A stretch of DNA of 45,074 bases from Catajapyx aquilonaris. Its lineage: Eukaryota. Below the pieces are notes generated by a model. The model saw only the letters and a program-made list of their open reading frames with translations. It did not search any database and had not been told where the DNA came from. A program made the position numbers and the translations under genes. The stretch lies in the NCBI GenBank assembly GCA_000934665.2, contig JYFJ02003221.1:1-45074 (forward strand), given 5' to 3'. Below are positions 10,745 to 22,800 of the stretch, one piece after another (within the stretch, counting starts at the first letter, position 1; every line of letters begins with the position of its first letter).

Positions 10745-11149
10745 AAGTCGAAGTTCATGTTGGCGAGTACGGAAAATTTTCTCATGTACAGAAAGGCTCA
10801 ATTTCCTGATCTCCGTCTACCAGACGTACTGTGTCAGAGTTACGGCGACCCGACCATAAAGGCCCCGCGCCAATGTATCTCATACTACCAGACGTACCGA
10901 AAGAAGTGTTTGACTCGATTGTGACAATTGAATCCTTGAATCTAAGAGTAGGCAAATGTCCATAACAGAGATTTCTTTTGCAACAAAACAACAAGGAACA
11001 TTGTAAGTGTGATAGTGACAGTTATTTTTAAGTTTTGAACACCTTTCGTTGCTTATAGAGTTATGTGCTTTAAAAATGCCAAACTTCTCTAACTCGAATC
11101 TTCTGTAACTCGAAGTTTTTTTCAGGTCCCATGTATGTTCGACTTAATA

Positions 11150-11543
11150 CAGGGAGGTCCAACTTCAAGTGTCGTTTTATAACGGCTATTAATAGAAGCG
11201 CTTTACGATTATCGTAGCAGGCACGTGTAAAATGGCCCACTTCGGCGCCATCGAAAATATTAGCTGTGTTTCGTTTGCAGGCTTCCCCCTTGCATTACAG
11301 ATCCATGGTCCATCTGGTGCCTTGGACGTCACCTATTTCACCCAGGCGCATCGCAGGTCATGTGTGCACCTCCTTTTTTCCCGGTCAACCCAGCAGCAGG
11401 GTTGATTACATGTGTGCTGCTATTGGCAGCTAATATTTTCGATGGCGCCGAAGTGGGACATTTTACACGTCGCTGCTACGTCATCGCAAAATCACTGCTA
11501 TTAATCGCCGTTATAAAACGACACTTGAAGTTGGACCACCCTG
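11150..11543. mobile_element. Tc1/mariner-type MITE (copy 2)
   Basis: TIRs nearly identical to those of 4974-5833; TA flanks. Confidence 0.9.
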
Positions 11544-13683
11544 TATAGAAGTTTTACTGTCATTATTAAAAAAAATATTATACAATGAACGGAGAGAAAC
11601 GTGAGGAGCAAAGAGGAGAGGTCGAAGAAAAGAGTCTCAGAGCTAGATATAAAACAGGAAATACTGCAGCATTTTAAATGCCACCTGAGTGGAAGGAGTT
11701 GGTGAAATTTTCAAAATGTTCCGTCCGCACAATAATGTACTCCACAGAGGTAGTTGAGAGGAGAGAGTATATAGCGTCGGAAGTTGGTCGACATGACGAC
11801 CTTTCTCATTTCCGTGACGACTGTACTTGGGAGTAGATCTGTTGGAAAAGGGCTACTCTCGGGGGGTTCAAAGGTGACACTAAGAAGTGAGCCTTGTTTC
11901 CGGGACAAATTAGAACAGGGACCCTAAGTCCCTCGTGTTGCGATCCCACACACGTTTCCAGTTAACTTCGGAGGCATTAGCACTTCGTCACTGTACTCAA
12001 GGATTAATTTAGGCTATTAGTTCAAACAATATTTCTGAACTCCTTATGCAAGAAGGATAACAGATATCATATTCCAGTCATTTATTTTTAACGAGTGTGC
12101 GGAAATCAAGTGATGATGAGCAGTTATGATAGATTCACCAAATGAACTCGGGAAAAATCCATATCTTCCTGTGATTTATTCAGGATGCTTAAAGCATGAT
12201 AGTAGGTTTAAGCTGATTATGATTGTTCACCAAAATATTAATTAGAGCAAAAAAATATATGATATCAACAGAAAACACACTGTGTTGTGGCTTGTCAAAA
12301 TTGCGAATTGATAGGTCATTTTTGTCAGGTCACACTCATGCGAATAATTATTATTATTGTATACAGTGTGTTCCGAGAGAAATGTCGTTAATGGTAATAA
12401 TTAATAGTTTCTAATATAGTGTCTATAAAATACCGGTACGGTAGGACCTAATACTTTTCGTGATCATTAAAAATGCCTAAGTTACAATGTATTAGCTGCT
12501 ACTATGAGGTTGAGTGGGTACATTCCTTAACTGATGAAGAAAGGCGTATACATTAAAATATGGGTCTAACTTTTGACCACAGATGCCAGTGGGTCAAAAG
12601 AGCTAGCTAGAAATATCTAATGTTAGAAAAGTTTTTACAAATCATAACAGCAAATAAATGCTTTTATTCAAACTAATAGTAGTAACAGCTAATGTTTTTC
12701 ATAACTGGTAGCAGGATATGCTCGAAATTAAGTAGGCTACCGTCACAAATAATAAATAAATTACGGCCAAAAAATCGTTAAGCAGCAAGGATATCATTTT
12801 AATTGGAACATATTTAATAGATGTGCTGAAATACGGTGTATTTTCAAATAGAACAACTTTATATCGATATACAGGAATGGGTAATAGCTCATAGGCATAA
12901 TTATTTCTGCTTTTCAAGACCTCAGCGATTAGAGAAAAGTAGAGGAAATGGAGGAGATGAAAGTCGTCAAATGAGGCTCCCGGACCCCCCCAATTGGTTT
13001 TTCCTGTATAACTTCTTAGATGTTAAAGTTACACTTAATTGCTCGATGTCAAAAATATTCTCTCATTAGTTAAGTTCACCTAAAAATTGGCTATAACAAA
13101 ATCCACGTAAATGTTCCAAGTCAATGGCATTTTTTAATTTAGTTAAACTCTGCAAAAAATTATTCTCCAGAAAAAGGGCTCCAAATTCGGACCGCCTCGC
13201 CTTTTCCTTCAAATGCAGACCTCCAAATGCAAACAATTTGTCAGGGGAAAATGAAAAGAAACTTAAGTCATGCATTGGAATAATTTATAAATTTAAAAAT
13301 ATATAATATAGTGAACATAAATAACATCAAGAACACCGAAGCAGTAGTGGTGGAGTGGATATGGTGTCCGACTGCTAATCGGGAGGTCCTGGGTTCGAAT
13401 CCCGGAGGCCAGCGATCCTGACCTTGGTTTTCTTTGGTTTCCCAAGGTCGCCCTAGGAAAAATTTCCGGAATCGTACCGTAACATAGGCCACAGCCTCTT
13501 CCTTCCTTTCCCTGCTCTGGAGGAGGTGCGGTGTCAGTGGGGAATATCTGACCCGCATCAAGGGATAATCTATGGCGAACGGGCCCCCTGAGGGACTGCA
13601 CATGACCCCTACTTTGATGACATTGCACATGCACCAGTGTCCCCCCTCCTTATCCCTACCCTGTCCCTGCACGATATAGTTAA

Positions 13684-16102
13684 GGTGCTAATAAGGGACA
13701 AATTTGACCCAAACTTTGCATTTTGTGACAAAAGTATGAAACTCGGTACACTTGTTCTTTGGACACCTCTGATCATATCTGGACGTGGAGCCACAATGAC
13801 CCACCCCGGTGGTGGTCCATTTCGCAGGGTTTCCATAACTACCAGATGCAGCATCATTTAGGACCTTGTATTGGGTGACAAAAACATGAAACTCGGTACG
13901 GTAGTTCTTTGAACACATCTCAACATATCTGGACGTGGGGTCACGGTGGGTGACCCCTGGTGGCCTCGTCAGAGGTCACTATCGCGGAGTTGCCAAATCG
14001 AACATGTGTTGCACACCTTTACATGAATAAGGGCCTGGCATTCGGTGATAAAACACTGATAAAACATGAAACTCGCCCCAATTGGTCTTTGGACACTACT
14101 GAACATGTCTGGAAGTGAGGCCACTATGGATGACCCCGCTGGGGGTCACTCGCAGGGTTGCCAGATCTAATGGGCTCTCTAAGTAAACTATGTGAATAGG
14201 GAGCTTGCATTCGGTGGCAAAGAAGTGAACCTCGGTACAATATAGTTTTTTGCACACTTCCGAACATATCTGGACGTGGGGCCACGATGGCCCACCCCGG
14301 TGGAGGGCACTATCATGGTGTTGCCAAATGTAACAGACTGTACAACATGCGTTTATGTTTGAATAGGGGACTTGCATTTGGTGACAAAGACGTGAAACTT
14401 AGTAGAATATTGTTCTTTGGACACTTCCGAACATGTGTCTGGACGTGGAGCCACAATGACCCATCCCGATGGAGGGAACTATCGCGGCGTTTCCATATCT
14501 GACAGACTGTGCAATATGCGTTTATATTTTGATAGGGAGCTTGCATTCGGTGACAAAGCCATAAAACTAGGTACATTAGTTCTTTTGACACTTCCGAACA
14601 TATCTGGACGTGGAGCCACGATGACCCACCGAATGCAAGCTCATTATTCAAATATAAACACATGTTGCACATTCTGTTAGATATGGCAACCCTGCGATAG
14701 TGCCCTCCCTCGGATTGGGTCATCGTGGCTCCACGTCCAGATATGTTCGGAAGTGTGCAAAGAACTATATTGTACCGAGTTTCACGTCCTTGCCACCGAA
14801 TGCAAGCTCCCTATTGACATGGTTTACTTAGAGAGCCCATTAGATCTGGCAACTATGCGAGTGACCCCCAGCGGGGTCATCCATAGTGGCCTCACTTCCA
14901 GACATGTTCAGTAGTGTCCAAACCCCAAAGACCAATTGGGGCGAGTTTCATGTTTTATCAGTGTTTTATCACCGAATTCATGTAAAGGTGCATTCACATA
15001 TCCGCGATCTCGTGCCCAGCGACCGATTCGGTGCCCCGTCGCTGTCGCCGGAGCGTTCACGTATCCACGACGCGGTGCCCCCAGCGACGGAGTTCCCGTC
15101 CAGCGACCGTTTTGGTGCCCGTCGCCAGGATCTGCTAGATCCAGATACCTGCGACGGCAGACACACGGTCGCTGGCGACAAAAGTCACGTGTCTTGTGCC
15201 AGGCCTTGCATCATCCTTGCATGGGCCGGCTTGGGCTCTGCAGTTGGGTCATTGGACCGCCATCTTCGATATAGGCTCAATTATTTTAAAAACTTAAATT
15301 ATTTTATAATTACAAACGTCCATGGAGTTGGCCTCTGACCATATCAGATGGCCGGTTGCAAATTTGTTTCGGAAATATGCCTTCCAAGCCTGTACTTTGA
15401 GGGATAAGGCCGGAGGCCAGCGGAGGCCAGCGGAGGCCAGCGGAGCCGCCATGTTTTTTTCGGGCATGAGATCGTGGCGACAGCTTACGTGAATGCTGTC
15501 ACGACGCTCGGGCCCGAAACAGCACTGGGACAATGCCCCAGCAGCTGGGCGACACCATGCCCGCGACGTCGCTCGGGCACGGGGTCGTGGTCGCAGTCGC
15601 AATCGCGGATATGTGAATGCACCTTTAAGGTGTGAAACACATGTTCGATTTGGCAACTCCGCGATAGTGACCCCTGGCACCAGGGGTCACCCACCGTGAC
15701 CCCACGTCCAGATATGTTGAGATGTGTTCAAAGACTACCGTACCGAGTTCCACGTTTTTATCACCGAATGCAAGTTCCCAATTTACATGATCTTCGCAGA
15801 GATGTATGTTTGGTCCGTTAGATCTGGTAACCCTGCAAGTGACCCACAGCGGGGTCAGTCATCATGGCCCCACATCCAGACATGTTCAGAAGTGTCCAAA
15901 GACCAATTGTGGCGAGTTTCATGTTTTTGTCACCCAATACAAGGTCCTAAAGGATGCTGCATCTGGTAGTTATTGCAACCCTGCGAAATGGACCACCACC
16001 GGGGTGGGTCATCGTGGCTCTACGTCCAGATATGATCAGAAGTGTCCAAAGAACAAATGTACCGAGTTTCATACTTTTGTCACAAAATGAAAGTTCAACC
16101 CC
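13684..16102. mobile_element. Foldback element made of 150-180 bp tandem units; TTAA-flanked with GG...CC ends (Kolobok-like by termini only)
   Basis: Six forward units (TGAAACTC-like anchors at about 13737, 13887, 14067, 14226, 14393, 14562) and at least five inverted units (about 14781, 14947, 15749, 15918, 16068); centre at about 14630; TTAA at 13680-13683 and 16103-16106. Confidence 0.8.
14986..15624. mobile_element. PIF/Harbinger MITE inserted in the right arm of the foldback
   Basis: 23-bp TIR AGGTGCATTCACATATCCGCGAT; flanks TAA / TTA; the empty site CATGTAAAGGTGTG can be read from the left arm at about 14012-14025. Confidence 0.85.
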
Positions 16103-17294
16103 TTAACACCCGGACTAATAGTGGTAATCCACTCCCCTAAGAGAACCTAGGGCTCTAGGACGGGGTATATCTTAAAAAATAACATCAAGAACGACATTTT
16201 TTTAAAAACCAAAACATTGAAGACTCGCATTGCAAATTGAAAAGTAGTCCCCGACCTTTACTTTCTATGTCACAGGACAAGGAGAGGATGAGGCCCAAAA
16301 GGAACCGATAGGTCATGGGGTCGTGATAAATCAAGCGCAGTGGACTTAATGATCATGTAACGGCAATTTGCCGCATTTAATGCCCAACAAATCATAATAC
16401 ACACATCCCTGACCCTGCATCTGCTTTTCAGCACACTATGACATATGCTTCGAATCCCTTTTCCTTTCCCTTGTTGCATCCAAAACATCAATCAAATAAT
16501 ACCTCCTCACTACCAATGAATTAACCCACACATTGCTCCTTTAATCCTTGCAGCAATAACCTCCAAAATAAAGAATAACTGATGATGCAATAATGGGGGT
16601 CGGAGGGGGGGGGTCGGTCGTATGATAAAAACCCACTGAACATCACACTTCAAAGTGCGGTTCAACATTTCCCAGAAAGAAAGAATGTCTGATGATGAAA
16701 CCTTGGGAAGAATAGGACATGCAACTCACTGAACCTCACACAACATGACGTGGGTTCAACCTGCCCCTCAAATCCCTCAACAATGAACCCGGAACCCCGG
16801 TTCAACAACACCATCAGCAACGGAGACTCCCAAACCCAATATAACACTGAATACTAACCAGTATCAGCAGTTCCTCTGACACCCACACATCGTGAAGCTC
16901 AAAAAGGGAGTGAGTCCCACAACTGTGGCTGTTCAGGCAAGGTCAGATAACTCGGTCTGCGTGGAGGGAAGGCAATGGCCCCATTGCCTGATCGTCGCAT
17001 TCAACTCTGACATTCTACTTAGCCGCCATCGTTTTCCATCATTTATCACTTAAAATTAACGAAGATAAGGCTACACTTTATAGTTTGAGGAAAAGGGAAT
17101 CTTCCGCCCCAGGTTGATGCCAAATGAGGTCTGAGGCTAAGCCTAATCCTAAGGCTCGGTTCCGAGCGCGGTTCATATGGTTCATATATAGAGCCGCGGG
17201 GGACACTAAGCGCGATCTAGTAGCTGTGATCTCCCACAGCTCTACTAGATCGCTTCTATGTTAGAGGCGAAACACTATGACCAAGTCAGCTATC

Positions 17295-17640
17295 GGACAC
17301 TTCCCCTACAATCTTATCTTATTGCCTGCCAGTCCCCTGCCGGGGCGTTTTGCATGATGTGCTCACCTGAGAGCGCCATGAGACCTTTCACTGCACTGTT
17401 ATGTGGCGACCCTACCGGACTACGCTGAACTTTAGAGGTACAAAAGGGAAGCGCTACATGTGGGCCCAACATGGTCGCCGGCGACCATGTTGGGTCCCCC
17501 AATGTAGCGCATCCCTTTTGTACCTATAAAGTTCAGCGTAGTCCGATAGGATCGCCACATAATAGCGCAATATAAAAGCTGTCACATGGTGCTCTCAAGT
17601 GAGCACCTCATGCAAAACGCCCCGGCAGGAGGGAGTGTCC
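17295..17640. repeat. Palindromic MITE-like element with no spacer
   Basis: Perfect 30-bp central palindrome CCCAACATGGTCGCC|GGCGACCATGTTGGG (17465-17494); arms extend about 150 bp with mismatches. Confidence 0.8.
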
Positions 17641-18323
17641 AGACCTTAGTATTCTAAGACCATGGACCAAGTAAACGAGTAGGATGGATTTGAACATGAG
17701 TGTCGCGGCTGTGAGACTTATTCGCTACCTATGAGCATTTTTCACCACTTTCGAATTTCAAAATTTCAACGGCGTCAATTGTTTGCTGATTTGTGCTGAT
17801 TTGTGCTCAAATATGAGAGTTTCTTCTGACTTGGTTTGAACGCTGTAGCACTTTTAATTGGGTGAGGGCAGGTTAACACTTTTGAAATAAAGCGAATCTG
17901 AAAATTTAAACGACGGCAATCGCTTCCGGGTAGTCTACTTGCTAATACGGTATATGTGTTCTCCTATTTGTCCATGGAATATTATAAATCATAAAACTTC
18001 AGGAGAGGGTTAAAGCGATTCACACACGTAGCAATCTACCTGCATGTATTTGATTTAAGGTAAGCTTATGTGTCAATTTGGTGTATTTCTTATCAAATGT
18101 TGGTTAGGCTAGGTTAATGTACGAGTACATTAAAAGTAACTGCCTCATAATGAATCCATTAGGTTTGGGAAGTAAGGATAGGTCAGGGTAAAGTAGATTA
18201 AAATAACCACCTATACTGGTGGTGTATCCATTAGATTTGGGAGGTTAGGTCAGGCAAGGGTAACGTTTATCAAAATACCTGCCGGTAGGTTGTTATACGT
18301 GCAATCATTAGCAGCAGCAGAAC

Positions 18324-18426
18324 CACTCGAACAGAGCCAAAACAATTACGCCCCGCTATTTTAACCTGCCCATATCTAATTATGAGCAGGTTTAAATAGC
18401 TGGGAGTGATTCTTTTGGTTCGAGTG
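18324..18426. mobile_element. Miniature CACTA/CMC-like hairpin element
   Basis: AAC|CACTCGAAC...GTTCGAGTG|AAC (3-bp TSD); folds into a hairpin over almost its whole length. Confidence 0.6.
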
Positions 18427-18650
18427 AACAAAATCTGTTATTCGAAGGTGTTACTGCTTTTGAAGCTTTTTTGCCCGACTATGCATCTCGACTCCCAACC
18501 TTCCTTGCATGTTGCAGCCCCCTTCTCGCTTTCCACCTTGTGGGGGTCCGCATTTGGAATTAGTAGCCGTCCGCATTAGTGGAAGAGCATTGCTTTGAAA
18601 ACATGACATTTTAAAGTATACATTTAAGAAACCGTTACATTTCCACATAT

Positions 18651-18950
18651 GAATATAATAGAATAGAATATGTTTATTTCCCTCTCGCCCTTGGGCATCT
18701 CAGGGAAGATATCTCTTGCACTTTGTTACCTTTACATAAAACTCAAACCACTTTATTTAGTATTTACAATATCATATCACAAAACATAATATTCACCACT
18801 GCTAATGAAATTTCCGAAGAAATAATGGATGTAATACGACATTGTAGAGCCTCGTAACTGTCACCGTCGCCTTTGATCCTAAATATGCTGCCTATGGTAA
18901 ACTAAAAATTCAGGTGTGTACATTCCAGTAGGTTGGCAATGTGTTGCAAG
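18651..18950 (-). mobile_element. Decayed LINE 3' end
   Basis: Minus-strand tail TTCCCTGAGATGCCCAAGGGCGAGAGGGAA-ATAAA plus (ATTCT)n; weak remnant HIANLLEC upstream. Confidence 0.5.
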
Positions 18951-19147
18951 TGAATTAGGTTTTGCCCGGTAAGAAATCGAGTTTACGATGGATTTTAAAA
19001 TGGAATGCATATTATTCCTCAGCATCCACTACTGCATTATATGCATATGTTTCCCCGAATTTAACTGCTCTAATTAACGTTTTTGTTCTAGACACTGAAT
19101 TGACTAGGAAAGTAGCTTCATATCCACCTTAATAGGTCAATGTTGGC

Positions 19148-19622
19148 ACCGAAGCAGTACTGGTGGAGTGGATATGGTGTCCGACTGCTAATCGGGAGGT
19201 CCTGGGTTCTAGTCCCGGAGGCCGACGATCCTGATATTGGTTTTCTGTGGTTTTCCATGGTCGCCCCAGGAAAATTCCGGGATCGTACAGTAAAATAGGC
19301 CACAGCCACTTCCTTCCTTTCCCTGCCCTGGAGGAGGTGCTGTGTCTGTGGGGAAATTCTGCCCCGCGATTTGACGCGTGTCTCAAGCTTGGCCCCCAGA
19401 GGGACTGCACACGGCCCCCACCAAAAGACAATGCAATGCACCACTATTCCTCCCTCTTTATCCCTTCCCTGTCCCCCGCACAGGAGAGAAAGAAAAAAAC
19501 ACGCGGAAGTAATTTCGCATAGAAAACGGAGGCGATCTCCCCCCCCCCCCCNTACATTGACCACTAGGTCTCAAGGGGGTACCCAAATAAATAAATAAAT
19601 AAATAAGTAAATAAATAAATAA
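19148..19622 (+). mobile_element. tRNA-derived SINE, type D
   Basis: Homologous to 13335-13683; (TAAA)n tail; 17-bp TSD AATAGG(T/C)CAATGTTGGC (19131-19147 / 19623-19639). Confidence 0.9.
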
Positions 19623-20115
19623 AATAGGCCAATGTTGGCAATGTTTAATGCTGATGAGAGCATAAATCGCTTCAAAATGTCTTCCGTAAATCACTGCCTC
19701 GTCCATGGGTACAGATATTTGTAGCAGTATTACACTACATTCCCCAACATTTCCCCATAGGACAACACTGTCTTGTACAGTATAAGTACGGTCGTGTACA
19801 AGATGGTCTCAGACGAATAAAAGTGAGGGCCTTTCAGCGCCCCGATGGAGGTGCCCAATAATTATATTAATAATAGGTTTGGTAGCTGGGCACCTCGACA
19901 TGGATCGTGCAAAAAAAGCTACACAAAACCAACAACATACGGTGATGAAATATATTCCAAGGAGTATACGAGACTGTTATGCACCCTTCGAACGCAGCTT
20001 CAGTATTATTATATTCGACTGCATTTAAAAGGAGGCCTATGAACTGTTCCCCACCGCAGAGAAATAAACAAAATAATTTATGTCACAGACCAGAATGTTA
20101 AACAAGGAGAAAACT

Positions 20116-20189
20116 TTCTAACACGGGAATCGAACCCGGGCCTCCTGGATGAAAGCCAGGTATCCTATAGCCACTAGACCAATATTGGA
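20116..20189 (-). tRNA. tRNA-Glu(TTC)-like gene, probably a pseudogene
   Basis: TCCAATATTGGTCTAGTGGCTATAGGATACCTGGCTTTCATCCAGGAGGCCCGGGTTCGATTCCCGTGTTAGAA; intact anticodon stem CCTGG/CCAGG with loop CT-TTC-AT, A and B boxes, TTTT just downstream; acceptor and T stems are imperfect. Confidence 0.75.
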
Positions 20190-20253
20190 GTTCCTTGTAG
20201 CATCATGGCGCCTACCCGTAAGTTACTCCTCCGACTCGCCTCCACCCTATATA

Positions 20254-20847
20254 CAGGGTAGGGTGTTTCAGAGTCACGGGTCAAGCGAGCGCAAGGGGGT
20301 GGGGAAAAATCGTAGGTGGCGACTACCCGGGTCGGTTTTATAAAACAATTAGAAATACGGCAGTAATCAATTTATTTATTAGGCCGTATGGCGTGACGTC
20401 ACATCCTTTCTGTATTCGAATTGACCGGCGCGGACTGCAAATGCAAGGCAATGGTATTGGGTTGAACGGGTTCTTAGCCTTGCGGGTTGCACTGAAAAAG
20501 GCGCTCTCATGCTACACAGGCAGGGTACTGTGCAACGTAGTGTACTACTGTACAGTGGTGTGTTCAGTACCCTGCCGGTGTAGCATGAGAGCGCCTTTTT
20601 CAGTGCAACCCGCAAGGCTAAAAACCCGTTCATCCAAGTTCAACAGAAAGCATTTGCCTTGCATTTGCCAGTCCGCCCCGGTCAATTCGAATACAGAAAG
20701 GATGTGACGTCACGCCGTAGACCGCAATAAATCAATTGATTACTGCCGTATTTCTAATTGTTTTACAAAACCGACCGGGGTTGTCGCCACCTACGATTTT
20801 TCCCCACCCCCTCGCGCTCGCTTGACCCGTGACTCTGAAACACCCTG
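20254..20847. mobile_element. Tc1/mariner-type fully palindromic MITE
   Basis: TA|CAGGGT(AGGGT)GTTTCAGAGTCACGGGTCAAG...CTTGACCCGTGACTCTGAAACACCCTG|TA; arms of about 280 bp, centre at about 20550. Confidence 0.88.
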
Positions 20848-20905
20848 TATTATGAAACTTGCTTCTTTTTTTTCCGCAGAGCGAGAAGTAAAGTAAAGGG
20901 CAGCA

Positions 20906-20979
20906 GTCCGGTTGCGTATATTGGTTAATGCCCCAGTCTTCCACCTTTGAGGTCCCGAGTTCGACCTCCGGGCCGGACT
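20906..20979 (+). pseudogene. tRNA-like pseudogene (anticodon TCC, Gly-like) or isolated SINE head
   Basis: Acceptor stem GTCCGGT/GCCGGAC pairs fully; loop CT-TCC-AC; GTTCGA B box; anticodon and T stems are mismatched. Confidence 0.55.
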
Positions 20980-22266
20980 GAGGAATTTCGCATAATTATG
21001 GAAAAGGAGTTCTCGTCATATTCTTATGGATTTTATCGGCATTATTCGGTTTGCTTCCATTCTCCAAAATCCAACCGTACCGAATGGCACTATAAAAGAT
21101 GATCCAAAAAGTACAAGTAGGCCCATCACGAGATATCAAATTTGAAAAGCATGCAACAGGTTGTAAATTTACGTAATACATTGTTAAATATTATATCAGC
21201 TCTTTAAGCCTGACTTTAAGTCTGTCCAAACACACACTCTCTCTCGCATAGTCTATATTATACAGAATACAGCATATACAGTATATCTGTTGAGCTTCTT
21301 CCAAACGACAATGCAGCAGCTGTTGTATTGGAATACATTGGACTGTAGGAACACAAAAGGGGGAAAGGGCTCGAGAAGAGCAAGAGAGAAGCTGGGATTA
21401 TCCATCAGTAGGGTTGAGAAGGGGCAAAGAAGTAGTTGATGGAAAAGCTAGGGCGTGAATAGCTGGGCTTGGAGACTTCAAGAAAAGAATAAGCTAGCAT
21501 GGGGAAAGATAGGGAGCGGCCTTGTATCTGAAGAAAGCCTATCTCGCTCTTCCACTCGGCAGTGAAACTGGGCCTTACTTCTTTGTATAGTCCTCCTTCA
21601 GATGTTTCAGGGCATCCATCCTCCCCTCTCCCTGTCCAACCGCCTATTCCACCAACAGTAGTCTGCTCTTTCTCATTAGTCAGCGGATGAATTGCCCAGT
21701 CTTGCACGCAAGCATATGGTTTCTGGCACCCGTTGAGCTTGCCTATATAGCAAATAACTCGGCTCATTCTAACGGCAGCTTTCAATATCTTTCAATTTAT
21801 TTTAGGGACCTAATCAACTTCTTTCGCGAATATACGGACCCAAATATTACTAAACGAGGATAAGTTATTAGAAATTAAATTACCAAGTGAAATCTGGACC
21901 ACTTTTTGAATGATGAATATTTTCTGTGTTCATTTCCCAAAAGACATTGGCTTGTAGGTTTCAGTATAGACGTAGCCTACATTGCATTCATCACATAGGT
22001 ACTGCTCATGTACAGTACACTGGAAAAGTGTACCTATACACACTTCCTCCAGCACAAAGGGGAAAGTCAGGCCAATGACCTTTTTTTCTCCCTTGAAGTA
22101 GAGGCCGTGCAACACCAATTCTTCCCCGGTAGCCACTATAAGTTTCATCAAAATCGATCAAACGTGTCAGAAGTTATGAACTTTTTTTTTGTGGTTGAGG
22201 GCGAGATGTCTAATAATAATGGGTATCCATTTCTTATGAAAAGTGGGAACATTCGACTTCAATGTA

Positions 22267-22800
22267 CGAGCGGTGTTCACCGTGTTCGAAAAGTAATGAG
22301 CGTTTCCATGAACGACTACAGGTGGAGAGGTAAGCAGAAATATTTTATTTTGCAATCTATTCCCTTTTCATGCTGATACACTTTGACCAGCCTTTCTCCC
22401 ATTTTTCCAGCGCGTCCCAAACATATTCTTTCTGACCTCCCCCCCCCCCTCCCCAAGCATCACCCCCACCGAAGCAATCATCGAGAAGCTGTTTTGTCAC
22501 ATTGGGGAACAGAAAAGGTCAGACGGGGCCAGATCTGACGCGTAGTATGGGTGGGGCAGTGGTCGGAAGTGGAATATATTCCTTCGCAGCAGCCATGAAT
22601 ACCCGTGCGATGTGTGCATTTGTAATGCAGAAGCAGCCCACTTCGCGTCAATTTTCCGGGCCTCCTCTTCTTTTTCAGTTCGTCCCTCAACTTGTGCAGC
22701 AGGTGGGTCTAGTACTCCCCATTGATTGTGTCCCCCTTTAGTGTAATAACCACGCCCTCTTCATCGCAGACAATACTCACCATCACCTTGAAAGTGGACT
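22267..22800 (-). pseudogene. mariner transposase remnant (catalytic domain to 3' TIR)
   Basis: With frameshifts the minus strand reads KVMVSIVCDEEGVV..KGDTINGEY*THLLHKLRDELKKKRRPGKL..GLLLH..LPHPYYASDLAPSDLFLFP..DALEKWEKGWSKCI, matching the mariner HPPYSPDLAPSD and KRWxKC motifs; terminus TA|CGAG...TCGAAAAGT at 22265. Confidence 0.85.

Larger units (their letters stand above)
10268..11559. mobile_element. Tigger/pogo-like MITE, host of two insertions
   Basis: TIR (T)AGTAAAACTTCTATAAGTCGAAC; the right TIR (GTTCGACTTA...TAGAAGTTTTACTG) is split by the MITE at 11150; repeated TAACTCGAA subterminal motifs. Confidence 0.75.
13335..16176 (+). mobile_element. tRNA-derived SINE, type D (Lm1/Talua-like body), split by a 2.4-kb insertion
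   Basis: Head and body at 13335-13683 match 19148-19622; tail resumes at about 16107-16176; 16-bp TSD AAATAACATCAAGAAC (13319-13334 / 16177-16192); anticodon-like loop CT-GCT-AA. Confidence 0.88.

Noticed and set aside
13335..13410. SINE heads as functional tRNA genes (e.g. Ser-GCT-like here)
   Set aside because: They lack a pairing acceptor stem and run into SINE bodies with tails and TSDs.
13684..16102. Repeat array as a CRISPR locus or a Cys/His repeat-protein gene (ORFs such as KCPKNKCTEFHTFVTK)
   Set aside because: The units are homologous along their whole length with no unique spacers, there are no cas genes, unit lengths are not consistently multiples of three, and frames break; it is a non-coding foldback.
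19651..19682. Hammerhead-like CTGATGA-GAGC...GCTT-CAAA
   Set aside because: The GAAA core is absent (CAAA) and there is no convincing stem I or III.
21405..21785. 126-aa minus-strand ORF
   Set aside because: No recognisable domain or splice context; may be decayed retroelement sequence.
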